From: Squalus acanthias | Taxonomy: Eukaryota | DNA: 64,000 nt | NCBI GenBank assembly: GCA_030390025.1 | Contig: CM059432.1 | Location: 102,736,001 to 102,800,000 of the forward strand | Direction of reading: 5' to 3' | In this document: one piece after another, positions 22,978 through 35,207 of the stretch | How positions within the stretch are numbered: position 1 is the first letter of the stretch | How the letters are laid out: each line of letters opens with the position of its first letter | The notes under the pieces: model-generated | The model's input: the letters and a program-made list of their open reading frames with translations, nothing else | The model's database searches: none | What the model was told of the DNA's origin: nothing | Translations under genes and position numbers: made by a program

Positions 22978-23416
22978 TTGCACGGTGGCATAGTGGTTAG
23001 CACTGGTGCCTCACAGCGCCAGAGACCCGGGTTCGAATCTGACCTCGGGTGACTGTCTGTGTGGAGTTTGCACATTCTCCCCGTGTCTGCGTGGGTTTCC
23101 TCCGGGTGCTCCGGTTTCCTCCCACAGTCCAAAAATGTGTGGGTTAGGTTGATTTGGCTATGATAAATTGACCCTTAGTGTTAGGGGGGATTAAATATGT
23201 GGGGTTATGGGGATAGGATGGGATATGTTAGGGGGAATTAAATACGTGGGGTTACGGGGGTAGGGTGGGATATGTGTACTGTGGGGATTAAAGCAGGGAC
23301 AGGGTACTGGATTTGGATGATCAGCCATGATCGTATTGAATGGCGGAGCAGGCTCGACGGGCCGAATGGCCTACTCCTGCTCCTAGATTCTATGTTTCTA
23401 TGTTTCTATGTTTCTA
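22978..23416 (+). mobile_element. tRNA-derived V-SINE (HE1-like) with a CR1-derived tail
   Basis: A box tggcatagtgg and B box ggttcgaatc; V-domain gtctgcgtgggtttcctccgggtgctccggtttcctccc; (tttctatg)n tail; tgttaa TSD. Confidence 0.9.
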
Positions 23417-23996
23417 TGTTAAGGAGTCAAAAATCCATTTTGCTGAGTCTCCACTATTTTTCATGACTTTTGTGCCCTGGACATGAGCATTTCCTTAGAG
23501 CAAATGTTAGGAAAAATGGCCCCTCAAATGACCCTCAAATTCCTGGGGCTGGAAAAGGCAGAAAGTTCAGCTTTTCTTTCCAGGGGGCCAGGAATTTGGT
23601 GCAGAACCTAGTTACACCAGCATTCCAACCTGTTTGCACTGGACTCTTTAATTCCATAAGGGGGTGTCACAGTCAGCGGGGTGGAACGGTCATCACCATA
23701 TACATCAAGGTTAGTCCACTGGGAACTGCATTTGAGTCAGTTGTGAAGGGACGACCCTGCCAGTTTTCCTTCCCGCCCACATGTAATCCAGCCTAGCAAA
23801 CTTTTCCCTGGGGAACAGTTAACTGGAAATGTCTATTGAGACAGTAATTCAAATGCCAATCTCAGAATTACACAATATAATTGTCAGCCAAGTGCAATCG
23901 TTCTAATCAGCAGGAGTTTGGTGGAAAAAATGGACTAAAACATGAATAATAGATACATAGAATGTGTTTACAAGGGATTTGGATGATGTTACATAC

Positions 23997-24238
23997 CACA
24001 GGAGTGAAGCTGTAAAAGTATATAACTATGCCCTAAACCTCAAGATTAGGTTATGGCTTCTTCGTGGTATAAATCAATGCTACTTTGTTTTAATGTGGGG
24101 GAATTTTGTTTATCTTGGCATCATTCACAATGTAACTCCACACATCCCCATTCTAAACCATAGGATGGTCGTAAGAAACACATCTCTAAATACTATGCAC
24201 ATTATTGCTGAAGCACAATTTGGTTCATCTTATAAAGG
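23997..24238 (-). pseudogene. Fossil exon encoding an FN3-like domain
   Basis: Acceptor tctttctgcAG and donor GTG|GTATGT. One frame reads ..NNVHSI*RCVSYDHPMV*NGDVWSYIVN...GIVIYFYSFTPV, matching the FN3 P..NG.I..Y.V and V.A.T..G pattern, with several stops. Confidence 0.45.
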
Positions 24239-24479
24239 CTGCAGAAAGATAGTTCAGTACACTCCTAATACCAAATGTTAACAGTATGATGACTAACAAA
24301 ATGGGAGGAAAGTAAAATAAATTACAAATCAGGATCCAATGATGAGGTAATTATTTCACTCAAGTTGCAACGATATTGGATATTTTCAGAGATTGGCTGA
24401 CATAATGAAACTCCATCCAGTGACTGCACTCTTTCATAGCATGATTCCTTATTTGGACCAAACAAACATAGAGGAAGAG

Positions 24480-24938
24480 AGAAACATAGGAACAGGAGTA
24501 GGCCATTTAGCTCCTCGGGCCTGTTCCGTCATTCAGTGAGGTATGGCTGATCTGCGACCTAACTCCATATACTTGCATTTGTCCCATATCCCTCAATACC
24601 TTTGGTTAACATAAGTCTATCAATCTCAGATTTAAAATTAACAATTGACCTAGCATCAATTGCCATTTACGGACGAGAGTTCCAAACTTCTATCACCCTT
24701 TTACATGTAGAACTGTTTCCTAACTTCACTCCTGAGAGGCCTGGCTCTAATTTGTATGCCCCCTAGTCCTTGACTCCCTAACCAGTGGAAATAGTTTCTC
24801 TCTATCTACCCTATCAGTTCCCCTTAATGTCTTGAAAACTTCAATCAAATCACCACTTAACCTTCTAAATTCCAGGGAATACGACCCTAGTTTGTGTAAT
24901 CTCTCCTCGTAACTTAACCCTTGGAGTCCAGGTATCAT
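24480..24938 (-). mobile_element. CR1 3' fragment
   Basis: MIPGLQGLSYEERL..LEFRRLSGDLIEV plus the CR1 3' UTR. Confidence 0.85.
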
Positions 24939-25129
24939 AATAAAAGATATCTCATTACTTTTTTAACTTCTATTACTTCTATTAACATAATGATAATTAT
25001 AGCACATTTATAATACAATAAATAATTTGACTTAAAAATTAGTATTTTAAGGATTCTTTATAAAAATAAGGGCCGGCATTCCTGTGTTCAGCACCCAATA
25101 CTTATTCCCTGGGTGCTATTGCAAAGAAA

Positions 25130-25563
25130 TAAAGAAAGACTTACAATTATATGGTGCCTTTCACGACCTCAAAAATCCCAAAGCTCTTTACAGCCAATTA
25201 AGTACTTTTTAGGTGTAATCACTGTTGTAATGTAGAAAACACGGCAGCCAATTTGTGCACAGCAAGATCCCACAAACAACAATGAAGTAAATGACCAGAT
25301 CATCTATTTTAGTTGATTGAGGGATAAATATTGGTCAGATAGGGAGAAATCCCCATCTCTTCTACGAAATAGTGCAATACGACCTTTTATGTCCACCTGA
25401 GAGGACAGATGGGCCTTCAATTTAATGTCTTATCTCCAACAGTGCAGCTCTCCCTCAGTACTGCATTGAAGCATCAGCCTGGATTATGTGCTCAAATCTC
25501 TGGAGTGGGACTGGAACGCACAACCTTCTGACTCAAAGACGAGAGTGCTACCACTGAGCTAAG
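25130..25563 (-). mobile_element. tRNA-derived Deu-SINE (SacSINE1-like) with an L2-type tail
   Basis: Head ccttagctcagtggtagcactctcg...ggttgtgcgttccagtccc; central cagtactgagggagagctgcactg; tail tgaaaggcaccatataattgtaagtctttcttt. A more decayed copy lies at ~27590-28050. Confidence 0.7.
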
Positions 25564-26212
25564 GCTAACATCAATAGGGATGGAAACCTGTCAAGGTCAG
25601 GTCTTAGGCACACTTATGTTGCTTCAAGATTTCTGAGTACTCACCCAAGGGAGGGCAAACAACCTGAACCTGCAGTAGGTGCAGGCAAAGAACAGTCATT
25701 CAGTGAGGTATTCCCAATCTACCCACCTCATTTGTTTGTACCTTTGCCAGCCGACCACCCATTTTGAGGGGTGCCAAGAATAAGTGGACTTAAGGACAGC
25801 ACTGTCAGAATTTGCTCTCCCACTTTAAGCATTAGCCCTGCCAGGAGGCAGTCCTGTACCAGGGGAGCCTCTGGGCCATCTAAATGATCTCAACTTGCAA
25901 ACACAGGCAGGTTCAGGTCACTGTAGATGGAGTGCAATGTGCAGGCTGTATCCAGTAGTTGAGGGGACAAGAATGAGGGACCATAGATACAACATTAAAT
26001 GTAAGAGATTTAGAACAGAGGGCAAGAGAAATTTCTTTACGCAGTGAGTTGTGAGGCTGTGGAATTCACATCCAGGGTTATTGGTTGAGGCCGAAACTAT
26101 GTCAACATTCTAGATTAGTAGCTTGAGAGTTGACTGGGCCCTTTCTATTTCACAATTATTCCTATCTGTTACCTGCCATTTCTTTTTTGTAAATAGGCAC
26201 AAAATATACATA

Positions 26213-26650
26213 TAGAAACATAGAAACTAGGAGCAGGAGTAGGCCATTCGGCCCGTCGAGCCTGCTCCACCATTCAATACGATCATGGCTGATCATCCAA
26301 ATCCAGTACCCTGTCCCTGCTTTCTCACACAGAATCCCCATCGAGCCTGCACCGACACATATCCCACCCTATCCCCGTAACCCCACGTATTTAATTCCCC
26401 CTAACATATCCCTTCCTATCCTATCCCCGTAACCCCACATATTTAATCCCCCCTTAACACTAAGGGTCAATTTATCATAGCCAAATCAACCTAACCCGCA
26501 CATTTTTGGACTGTGGGAGGAAACCGGAGCACCCGGAGGAAACCCACGCAGACACGGGGAGAATGTGCAAACTCCACACAGACAGTCACCCGAGGCCAGA
26601 TTCGAACCCGGGTCCCTGGCGCTGTGAGGCACCAGTGCTAACCACTATGT
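26213..26650 (-). mobile_element. V-SINE (HE1-like), inverted relative to the 22978 copy
   Basis: Near-identical reverse complement of 22978-23416. Confidence 0.9.
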
Positions 26651-26849
26651 GGAATTTGAAAGAGCAGATACAGTGTAACCCAAGTGTCCAGTCTACATGC
26701 CACTGTGTGTAGTCCACAAGCATGGAGCATACAAATAATTTCTGTTGGCAGTGGGCTTTGTTATACTAACTTGCAAGATCTATGTGTAACATTAGAAGCA
26801 AATGTTGGTGTGTACATGCAGGTGTCAAAAAGGTGAAAGTTTTCCTGAG

Positions 26850-27330
26850 TGCTTTGCAAGCTGCCTCAGTGAAGCTACACCAACTTGAGAGTTTCACTCT
26901 TGTTGGCATTCATCCTAAGTGCGTGCACTAAAATGCAAGTTTGTGGGTACTTTTACATTGGCAACATTCCTGACTCCAGAAATGTATTTTATATCTAATC
27001 CCACTACTTGCAGATGTGAGAAACTGCTTTTACTCCTTTTGACATCTCAAGCTAGGCATTCCTTATGGTGGATTCGACTAGCAGGGCCCCTTCAACTACA
27101 AAGATGGCAACCCTCTTTTACTGCACCTCCAGAGCAGAATCCTCATAAACAGCAGTCCTGTTTCTGTCACTCCTTGCTTCTATATTCAACTGGTATCACC
27201 AAACTTTCATTTTTCAACGTGCAGCTCATCTTAATTTGTGTGCAGCTGTAGACCTGCAGAAGATTCCATCCAATGCGTTCAGTGTACTCCCTGAACATTA
27301 GCCAATCTGTGTAGGGCGCATAGGATCAGT
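26850..27330 (-). pseudogene. Possible fossil FN3-like coding sequence
   Basis: TDPMRPT / EYTERIGWNLLQ... and KVPTNLHFSART*DECQQE*NS, matching the P.NL....T....W pattern with stops. Confidence 0.25.
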
Positions 27331-29635
27331 ATTAAAATGAAATGACTGCGTAAAATCACTCTCTGTGCTACTTAGGTGCTATTGGCACAATGCATTGCAG
27401 TCCCTCTGGCACTGCAATGGGACCAGGTAATTGGCCTCAAAATATCACAACTGCAAGTTACTTTCCTGTATTATAACTCACTCCATAATTTGTTATTCAA
27501 TATAATATACAGAATCATAGTAGTTTCTTACTATTTCTCATCTTTTGATTTGCTAGCAGTGGATTTTAGCAAATTATCACGATCAAATAACATTACTGTA
27601 ACACTTGCATTTTACATAGTGCCTCACCATATTGAAGAATTAACTCCAAGCATTTGCCACAACTATTATGTAAGCAAACTTGGCAACTATTCTGCAACAG
27701 TGACTTCCCACCAACAGTAATGATATAAACAACCAGTTTATCTTTTTTCTGTGTGGTATTGGTAGATGGAGCATGTGCAATGGAGAACTCCCTGTTTTTC
27801 TTTGAATAGTGCCATGCACTGTTCCCTCTAATTTTTTTGTGGGTGTGCAGCCCCTTTAACGGCTGCGCGGCCCATTGCAGTTTCCACGCATGCATGGTTT
27901 TTCCAATTAAAAGCTGGTGAGCAGCCAGCTTAATGGGAACATTGGTGCAGTGGGATCTTTAGCATCCGCTTGGACCACTGAAATAGGTTTATCATCTCAT
28001 TTGAAGCACAGCACTCCCTCAGTACTGCACTGGAATGTTAGCCTACATTAGGAAAAATACCTGATATTTTACTATGTGATTTGATATGCATTGATATCAA
28101 GATTCATTTTACTGACTGTCAAGTAGTTTTATAGCTTTAATAAATGAAATACTAGTATGAACTGTATTATAGAGATATAAAACTCCTGCACAGTTTATCA
28201 TGATATGTTCTAAGTTTTGCAAAAGTATAACAGGGTAAATTTCTCAGAGAACCCACTTTAGGCATTCTATTCATAGCACTCCTGATTTTGCAACAGAAAG
28301 ACTGATTTGGAAAATTTGGAAAACTGTGAATCAGGCCACTGACTGCGTCTTATTTTATAATCTGCACTCCCATTGAGCAAGACTCCACATCGGCAGCAAA
28401 AGCCCCAATATTCCTGTGCATCTTATATAACAAGCTCTGTGATGCTGAGCCATAACATTGTTTTATAATATATATATATATGCTGAACAGAGAACTTGCT
28501 GGTCAATAACTATGTATCATTTTTCAATCATTCTAAAGTATGGGCCCTCCCGTTTGTTAATCCCCTTATGTGAGCATCATCTGACATGCACTAAAACCAG
28601 CACACTGTCAGCACTAAAACCAGCAAAAAGAAATAAAATCCTTATATTAAACTAAATAGTACTGATTACATAAATACTGTTTTAATTTTATTTCATCCAG
28701 TTAATTCAGGATTATAATTTAAATCTGGAAGTTTGGTACATCGTTAAAAAATGTTTCGCTCCTGTAATTTACAACATTGTCCAAATCCCTTGTAATTACT
28801 TTTAACTATGTATTCTCTGTATAATATATTTTAATTCAATTTTCACTCTTCATTCTGAACAGAATAAATGCATTTGACTGACAATTATAGTTTTTCAACA
28901 GAACTGCTCAGTCTTCTAACCCCCAACTTTACACACCTTCATTTCCAAACAGCAGGATAGAGGCAAGAAATGTATCTCTAAACAGAGTATATTACTGCCT
29001 GGTGTGGTAGCTTGGTCCCAAGCAGAGTACTGTGTCTCAGTGTCCCAGAACTGCCTGTTACTCATCTTGCTTGAATCTTGACAGTCCTCAGCTGAATAAA
29101 ATGCTATCTAAAAAACAAGGCGCTCTTACTGCACGGTGACTGCAAAACCTCCCAGATCCTGATGGGATTGTTTGCCATAAATGTTCCTGTTTCTTCCAGC
29201 ACAGCTTTGGAGTTTCCCTTTACATTAAATTAATGGAAAATTAGCTAAATGGGTTGAAAACTGGTTTAGCAGCAGAAAGCTGAAAGTGCTGATAAATTCA
29301 AAAAAAATCTGGTTGCAAGGTTCAGCTGCAGGTTCCCTGCTTTTTACACTCTACATAAATAATCTGGAGCAGGGTACTTTTAGCAATATTATAAAACTTG
29401 CTGATCACATCAAGTATGTGCTGAGCATAAGATAAATTGATGGCTTCAAATTGTTCTGGACAAATTAATGATAGATGAATTTTAATGTGGCTAAACATAG
29501 GTAACACGAAGAGCTGGATTTTCTGCAGGTTTTTGGCCAGGCAGGAGCAGGAACTGTGACAGGGAGCCAGCCAACCCTCCATGTCCCTGGCCGCAGCCGC
29601 TAGTTCACCCATCTCAGAGGGAATAAAATGCCTGT

Positions 29636-31379
29636 ACAAAAGCAAAATACTGCAGATACTGGAAATCTGAAATAAAAACAGAAAATACTGGAAATACTCA
29701 GCAGGTCAGGCAGCATCTGTGGAGAGAGAAACAGAGTTAACCGTCGATGACACTTCGTCAGAACTGGAAAAAGTTGGAGATGGAACAGATTTTTATGCAA
29801 GTGTAGGGCAGGGAAAGAGGGGAGGGGAGGAAAGAACAAAAGGGAAGGTCTGTGATAGGATGGAAGGCAGGAGAGATTAAGAGACAAAAGGGATGATGGT
29901 GCAGGCAGAAGGAGATGGTAATGGGACAAGTTAAGAAACAAAAGATGACTCTAGATGAAGTGTAAATGGCAGAATGATTGACAGCTGCCATGTGCGAGAG
30001 AGAGAAAAACAAGATAGGGGCAGAGGTTATGGTCTGAAATTGTTGAACTCAATGTTGAGTCCAGAAGGCTGTAAAGTGCCTAATCGAAAGATGAGGTTCT
30101 GTTCCTCGAGCTTACGTTGAGCTTCATTGGAACAGTGTAAGAGGCCGAGGACCGAGAGGTCAGAGTAGGAGTGGAGCGGAGAATTAAAGTGACAGGCGAC
30201 TGGAAGCTCAGGGTCACCCTTACGGACTGAACGGAGGTGTTCCGCAAAGCGGTCACCCAATCTGCGTTTGGTCTCCCCAATGTAGAGTAGACTGCATCGT
30301 GAGCAGCGAATACAGTATACTAGATTGCAAGAAGTACAAGTAAATCGCTGTTTCACCTGGAAGGACTGTTTGGGGCCCTGGACAGTGGGAAGGGAGGAGG
30401 TAAAAGGGCATGTGTTGCATCTCCTGCGCTTGCACGTGAAGGTGCCGGGCGAAGGGGGAGGGGTGTTGGGGGTGATAGAGGAGTGGACCAGGGTGTCGCG
30501 GAGGGAGCGGTCCCATCGGGATGCTGAAAGGGGAGGTGAGGGGAAGATGTGTTTGGTGGTGGGATCACGCTGGAGGTGATGGAAATGGCGGAGGATGATC
30601 CATTGAATGTGGAGGCTGGTGGGGTGAAAGGTGAGGACAACGGGAACCCTACCATGGTTCTGGGAGGGAGGGGAAGGGGTGAGAGCAGAAGTGTGGGAAA
30701 TAGAATGGACACAGTCAAGGCCGTGTCAACCACAGTAGAGGGGAATCCTCAGTTGAGGAAAAAGGAACACATGTCGGAAGCACTGGTATGGAAGGTGGCA
30801 TCGTCAGAGCAGATGCGGCGGAGATGGAGAAACTTGGAGAATGGAATAGAGTCCTTACAGGAAGCGGGGTGGAAGGAAGTGTAGTCCAGGTAGCTGTGGG
30901 AGTCAGTGGGCTTATAGTGAATGTTTGTCAATAGCCTATCCCCAGAGATGGAGACAGAGAAGTCGAGGAAGGGAAGGGAAGAGTCGGAGATGGACAATGT
31001 GAAGGTGAGGGAAGGGTGGAAATTGGAAGCAAAGTGAATGAAATTTTCTAGTTCAGAGCAAGAGCAGGAAATGGCACCGATACAGTCATCAATGTACCAG
31101 AAAAAGAGGTGAGGGTGGGGACCTGAGTAGGACTGGAACAAAGAATGTTCCACATATCTCACGAAAAGGCAGGCATAGCTAGGACCCATGCAGGTTCCCA
31201 TAGCAACACCTTTAATTTGGAGGAAGTGAGTGGAGTCAAAGGAGAAGTTGTTCAATGTGAGAACAAGTTCAGCCAGGCGGAGGAGGGTGGTGGTGGATTG
31301 GGACTGGTTGGGCCTCTGTTCAAGGAAGAAGCAGAGTGCCCTCAGGCCATCCTGGTGGGGGCTGGAGGCGTAGATGGAT
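29636..31379 (-). mobile_element. 5'-truncated Penelope-like element (Neptune type): RT + Cys linker + GIY-YIG endonuclease
   Basis: QIKGVAMGT and YIDDCI; CKRRRCNTC linker; LVYCIRCSRCSLLYIGET..RFAEH..HFN..GLN. tgcctgt is duplicated at both flanks. Confidence 0.9.
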
Positions 31380-32699
31380 TGCCTGTGGTGCTTGCCATGT
31401 TTTAGCGTGGCAGGCGGAGCTGGCTGATATGGAAAAAAAAACTGGAGTGGAAAATCTCCCACTCCCTGACCGCTGCCACCACTTTTGCGATTTCCAACAT
31501 ATTTCTCATCATTAACGCCTTAGTATTACATTGAATTACATAGAATTTTACAGCACAAAAACAAGCCATTCAGCCCAACAAATCTATACTGGTCTTTATG
31601 CTCCACATGAACCTCCTCTCACCTTGCTTCATCTAATCCTATCAATATATCCTTCTATTCCTTTCTCCCCCATGTATTTATCTAGCTTCCCCTTAAATGC
31701 ATCTATGCTATTCACCTCAAACACTCCATGTGGTAGCGAGTTCCACATTCTAAACACTCTGGGTAAAGAAGTTTCTCCTGAATTCCTTATTGGATTTATT
31801 AGTGACTCTCTTATATTTATGGCCTTAGTTATGGACTCCCCCACAAGTAATTTAGTTACTCCCACATTAGTAATGTGGTTTCTTTTCTAATTTGAAGGGC
31901 TGCATTACCTAGTGCAGTCAACTGCAGGACAATCGATGATATTTAAGAGAAAATCCCCCCACCCCCACCGCCGCCCCCACAACTATTTGGCTCACTACAG
32001 CCAGCGCTGCCTGCTCTGCTAGAATGTGGCAGGGACCACAGTCATTTTTCCTTGCCCTCCACCCGAGATGACTGACCTAGCAGCAGCGCAAATATCAGCA
32101 GGAGCTTGCCACAAAATTCCAAATGAATCCGATCCTAGAAGATCTGCTGAAGCCAAGGTGACAAGAAACAGGCAGTCACAAAGGATGCTCCACCACCACT
32201 GTGGCAGGATTCCCAGTGGATCGGAAAATTTAGGCTAAAATATTTGCATGATGAGGGTATGTCCATTGGTAAATGTGGAAAAGAAAAGGGAACTGAGAGT
32301 AATTATTGAAACTTCATAGAGTCTCAGAACAAGTTGTTCCAAATTTATAGGTCATTCGTGAGCCCATATTTGGAATATTAGAGTCAATTCAGTGACTGTG
32401 TGCTCACACAGTTCCCCCTCACAGTCTGGGAATTCAACTTAAAGAACTGAACACCAAATTTGCAATTCATTAAATTCAGTGAGCTGCAAGCTTAATACAT
32501 TTTTGGGAACCTTGCATAAAAGCATGCATGAGCCTCATTACACCCCTTCAGTTCAGGCAATCTTATGTAATTTGACCAAAATCAGCAATATTTTTCAATT
32601 GTTCACTCATTCAACATTACCCACCCATTTAAAACGGTCACTGCTGAGATGTATGAAAATAATTTAATTCGTCATCTAAACTTCATGAGAGAGGCTGTC

Positions 32700-34433
32700 A
32701 CAGGATAATTCTATCTCCTCAAGCCCGACCGCTAGACAAGATATACCACATTGACAGCCCTGCCCATGGCTGTGAAGTTTACCGCAGAATAACGTAGTAA
32801 ACAATAGGATCCTTCCAAAATATCACTGCTGATATTTGCTGCATCAGTCAGTCTTCAGTCCACCAACACATAAAACATGTGAAAGTAGCGTTTTTTCCCA
32901 GGGCAAACACTTTCATCACTTTCCCCATGGAAAGGACACAACAGCATGAGAGGTAATAGCAGGGCCTCATTGATAGCACACATGTGGCCCTCAGGGCTTC
33001 CAGAAACAATTTATGATATATATATGAATAAGAAAGCCTTTCATTCTATTACAGTGCAAGTGGCGCGGACCACAGGAACAGAATTATGCAAGCAAATAAC
33101 CCCGGCAGCTGTGTTGTCCTTGTTTTGCACCAGTCCACTGTGCCAGACAGATTGCATAGCTCGCTACTGAGGGACCAAGGACACCAACTGCAGCCCTAGC
33201 TAATGACCTCATTGAGAAATCTCCAAACAGAGACAGAATGCAGATACAACATAGCTCATGCTTCAATCTGAATTCCAGTGGAAAAACAATACTGAAGCAG
33301 AGATCCTTTTATTGATCAGATTGGGGAAATTGGGCAGGCAGAATTACTGATGAGCTCTATGGCCCTGACCTTATCTGCCGCTGTGGTATGTTGCAGTTTC
33401 ACTGTCCATAGAGGAGTAATTACTCAGCAAGAGTACCAGGGGTCGCAGCCAGGAAGAAGAAGAAGAAGAAATGGTTGCGGGCAATGTACAGCCAGGGAGA
33501 CTCAATAATTAACTGGAACGACTTTTACTTACCGCTATCAACGTTAGCAAAAAACGTCCTATGGTCAAAGAAACAATATAGTAGGTTTATGAACACGCTC
33601 ACACACAGTGTGAGCTACCATAGAAACTGTTAAAGCTATCAGCAGAGCATCCATCATGGTGGGTGCCACCATCATTTTCGTAGAGCTGACCACTCGCTCC
33701 ACGTTGGACAGAATAGTTTCCATGATCTCCGCAAAGCGCCGACAGAAGTTGGAGCTGGACTCCTCCATGTTCTGAGTCATTGCCTGCAAGCTCACTATTA
33801 GGCTTCCCGGTGCATCAAGCATTTCCTGATATATGCTCATCAGCCTTCTTTAATAGCCTGGTCCCTAGAACTCTGCATCTGAGTCCTCTGCAGCAGAGCT
33901 AGTATGAGATGACGCCCTCCAGCAAGTTGCCACATGTGGCATCCTATCCCATTGCCCTAGCCCCTGCACACTTGTGCCAGGTGATTCATCACGTGAAGAC
34001 GTCCTCCTCCAGCCTATCCTCTAAAGGACGCTTGGTGCCAGTCTCTGAGCTGGATCCTGCTGGGATCAGATCGAGTCACCCTGCATCTTCAGGAAGTCTG
34101 GTCTCCTCTTCCTGGTAGAGCAGCATCCATCTTTTGAGCACATGTAATGAAATAGAGGGACAAGAGTTAGCTTTTAGTGTGTGGGGAGAACAGAGAGAGA
34201 TGACTAGCTGCTGGACGTAGCTGCAGTTTGTCATGAAGATTGTATAGGGTGAGATAGAAGTAAGAAGGAAAAAGAGGATAAGGTGTGAAAAAATCTGAGC
34301 AACATCTCCTCCAGCATTGCCACTTGTTATACCAACACCAATTACACGTGGTTCCTGAGACCATTTGAACAGGCACTGCAGCCCGTCCTGCACCCTGCAT
34401 GCCTGTTTTCTGTCACAATCAAATTTCTAGGCC
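32700..34433. mobile_element. Heavily decayed Harbinger element (transposase relic on +, partner gene relic on -)
   Basis: Fragments GSFQ..ADICCISQSSVH and KKAFHSITVQ, an acidic EEEEE tail, and a TIR-like aaatttctaggcc end. Confidence 0.6.
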
Positions 34434-34762
34434 AGAAAGTTTTAAATAGTTCTATGTGATCCTTTGAAATCCTATCACAGCATAAGAAAATGAAAATTTG
34501 AATTAATCTTGTTGGCATTAGAAATTTTCTTCAAAATATTTATAAAGTTTTTCAAATTTTACAGGAAAAGGAAACTGATTTTTTTGTGCTGTAATAGTAA
34601 TTTCGAAAAGAATATCACTCAAAACAAAATTTAAAACAAACTTCTGATAAAGCATAAAAATAAGGTGAGGCAATGACATCAATCATTATTCTACTTGGAT
34701 GATAAAGTATGGAGCACCAAGAATTTTTTAACATGCATTCATGGGGAACCTTTATGTGTAGG

Positions 34763-34948
34763 TCACCTACATAAATCATTGTAGGACTGATCCAACCTGT
34801 ATTTTATTCTGTGAGGGACTTCAACTGTTGTCACACAACAGTAATCAGAGTGGAGCTTGTGTTGTTTTACATGCGCCTGATATTTATCATAAAAATGAAT
34901 TGTGATGCGTGAGCAGGTCATCTTTACTGAAGTTTTCTGAAACATTAC
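34763..34948 (-). pseudogene. Possible fossil FN3-like exon
   Basis: Acceptor ttttaatAG; VMFQKTSVKMTC...FYDKYQAHV; a shifted frame gives QLKSLTE* (L.P.TEY-like). Confidence 0.3.
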
Positions 34949-35207
34949 CTATTAAAATTGTGATATATAATTGAATGGACAGGTAAAGTACAATGGGTCT
35001 CCATAGAGTTTTGTCCATTTAAGAAAAATACATAAAATGTGAATGAACCATTTTTCAACAGTAAATCATGACATTTAAAAAAATAACAAAGTATTGGAAT
35101 ATTGATGTTTTCTAAGCTGCAGTGTCCCTAATTGACAATCTGTACTCAGATTACAGCACACACAAAACCCGCCATCTTCCAGTATCAACCAGCTGAATAA
35201 AAGCTTT

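Noticed and set aside
22980..23050. tRNA gene
   Set aside because: The A and B boxes belong to a SINE head that continues into the V-domain and LINE tail. The same applies at ~26580-26650, ~48890-48960 and ~25500-25563.
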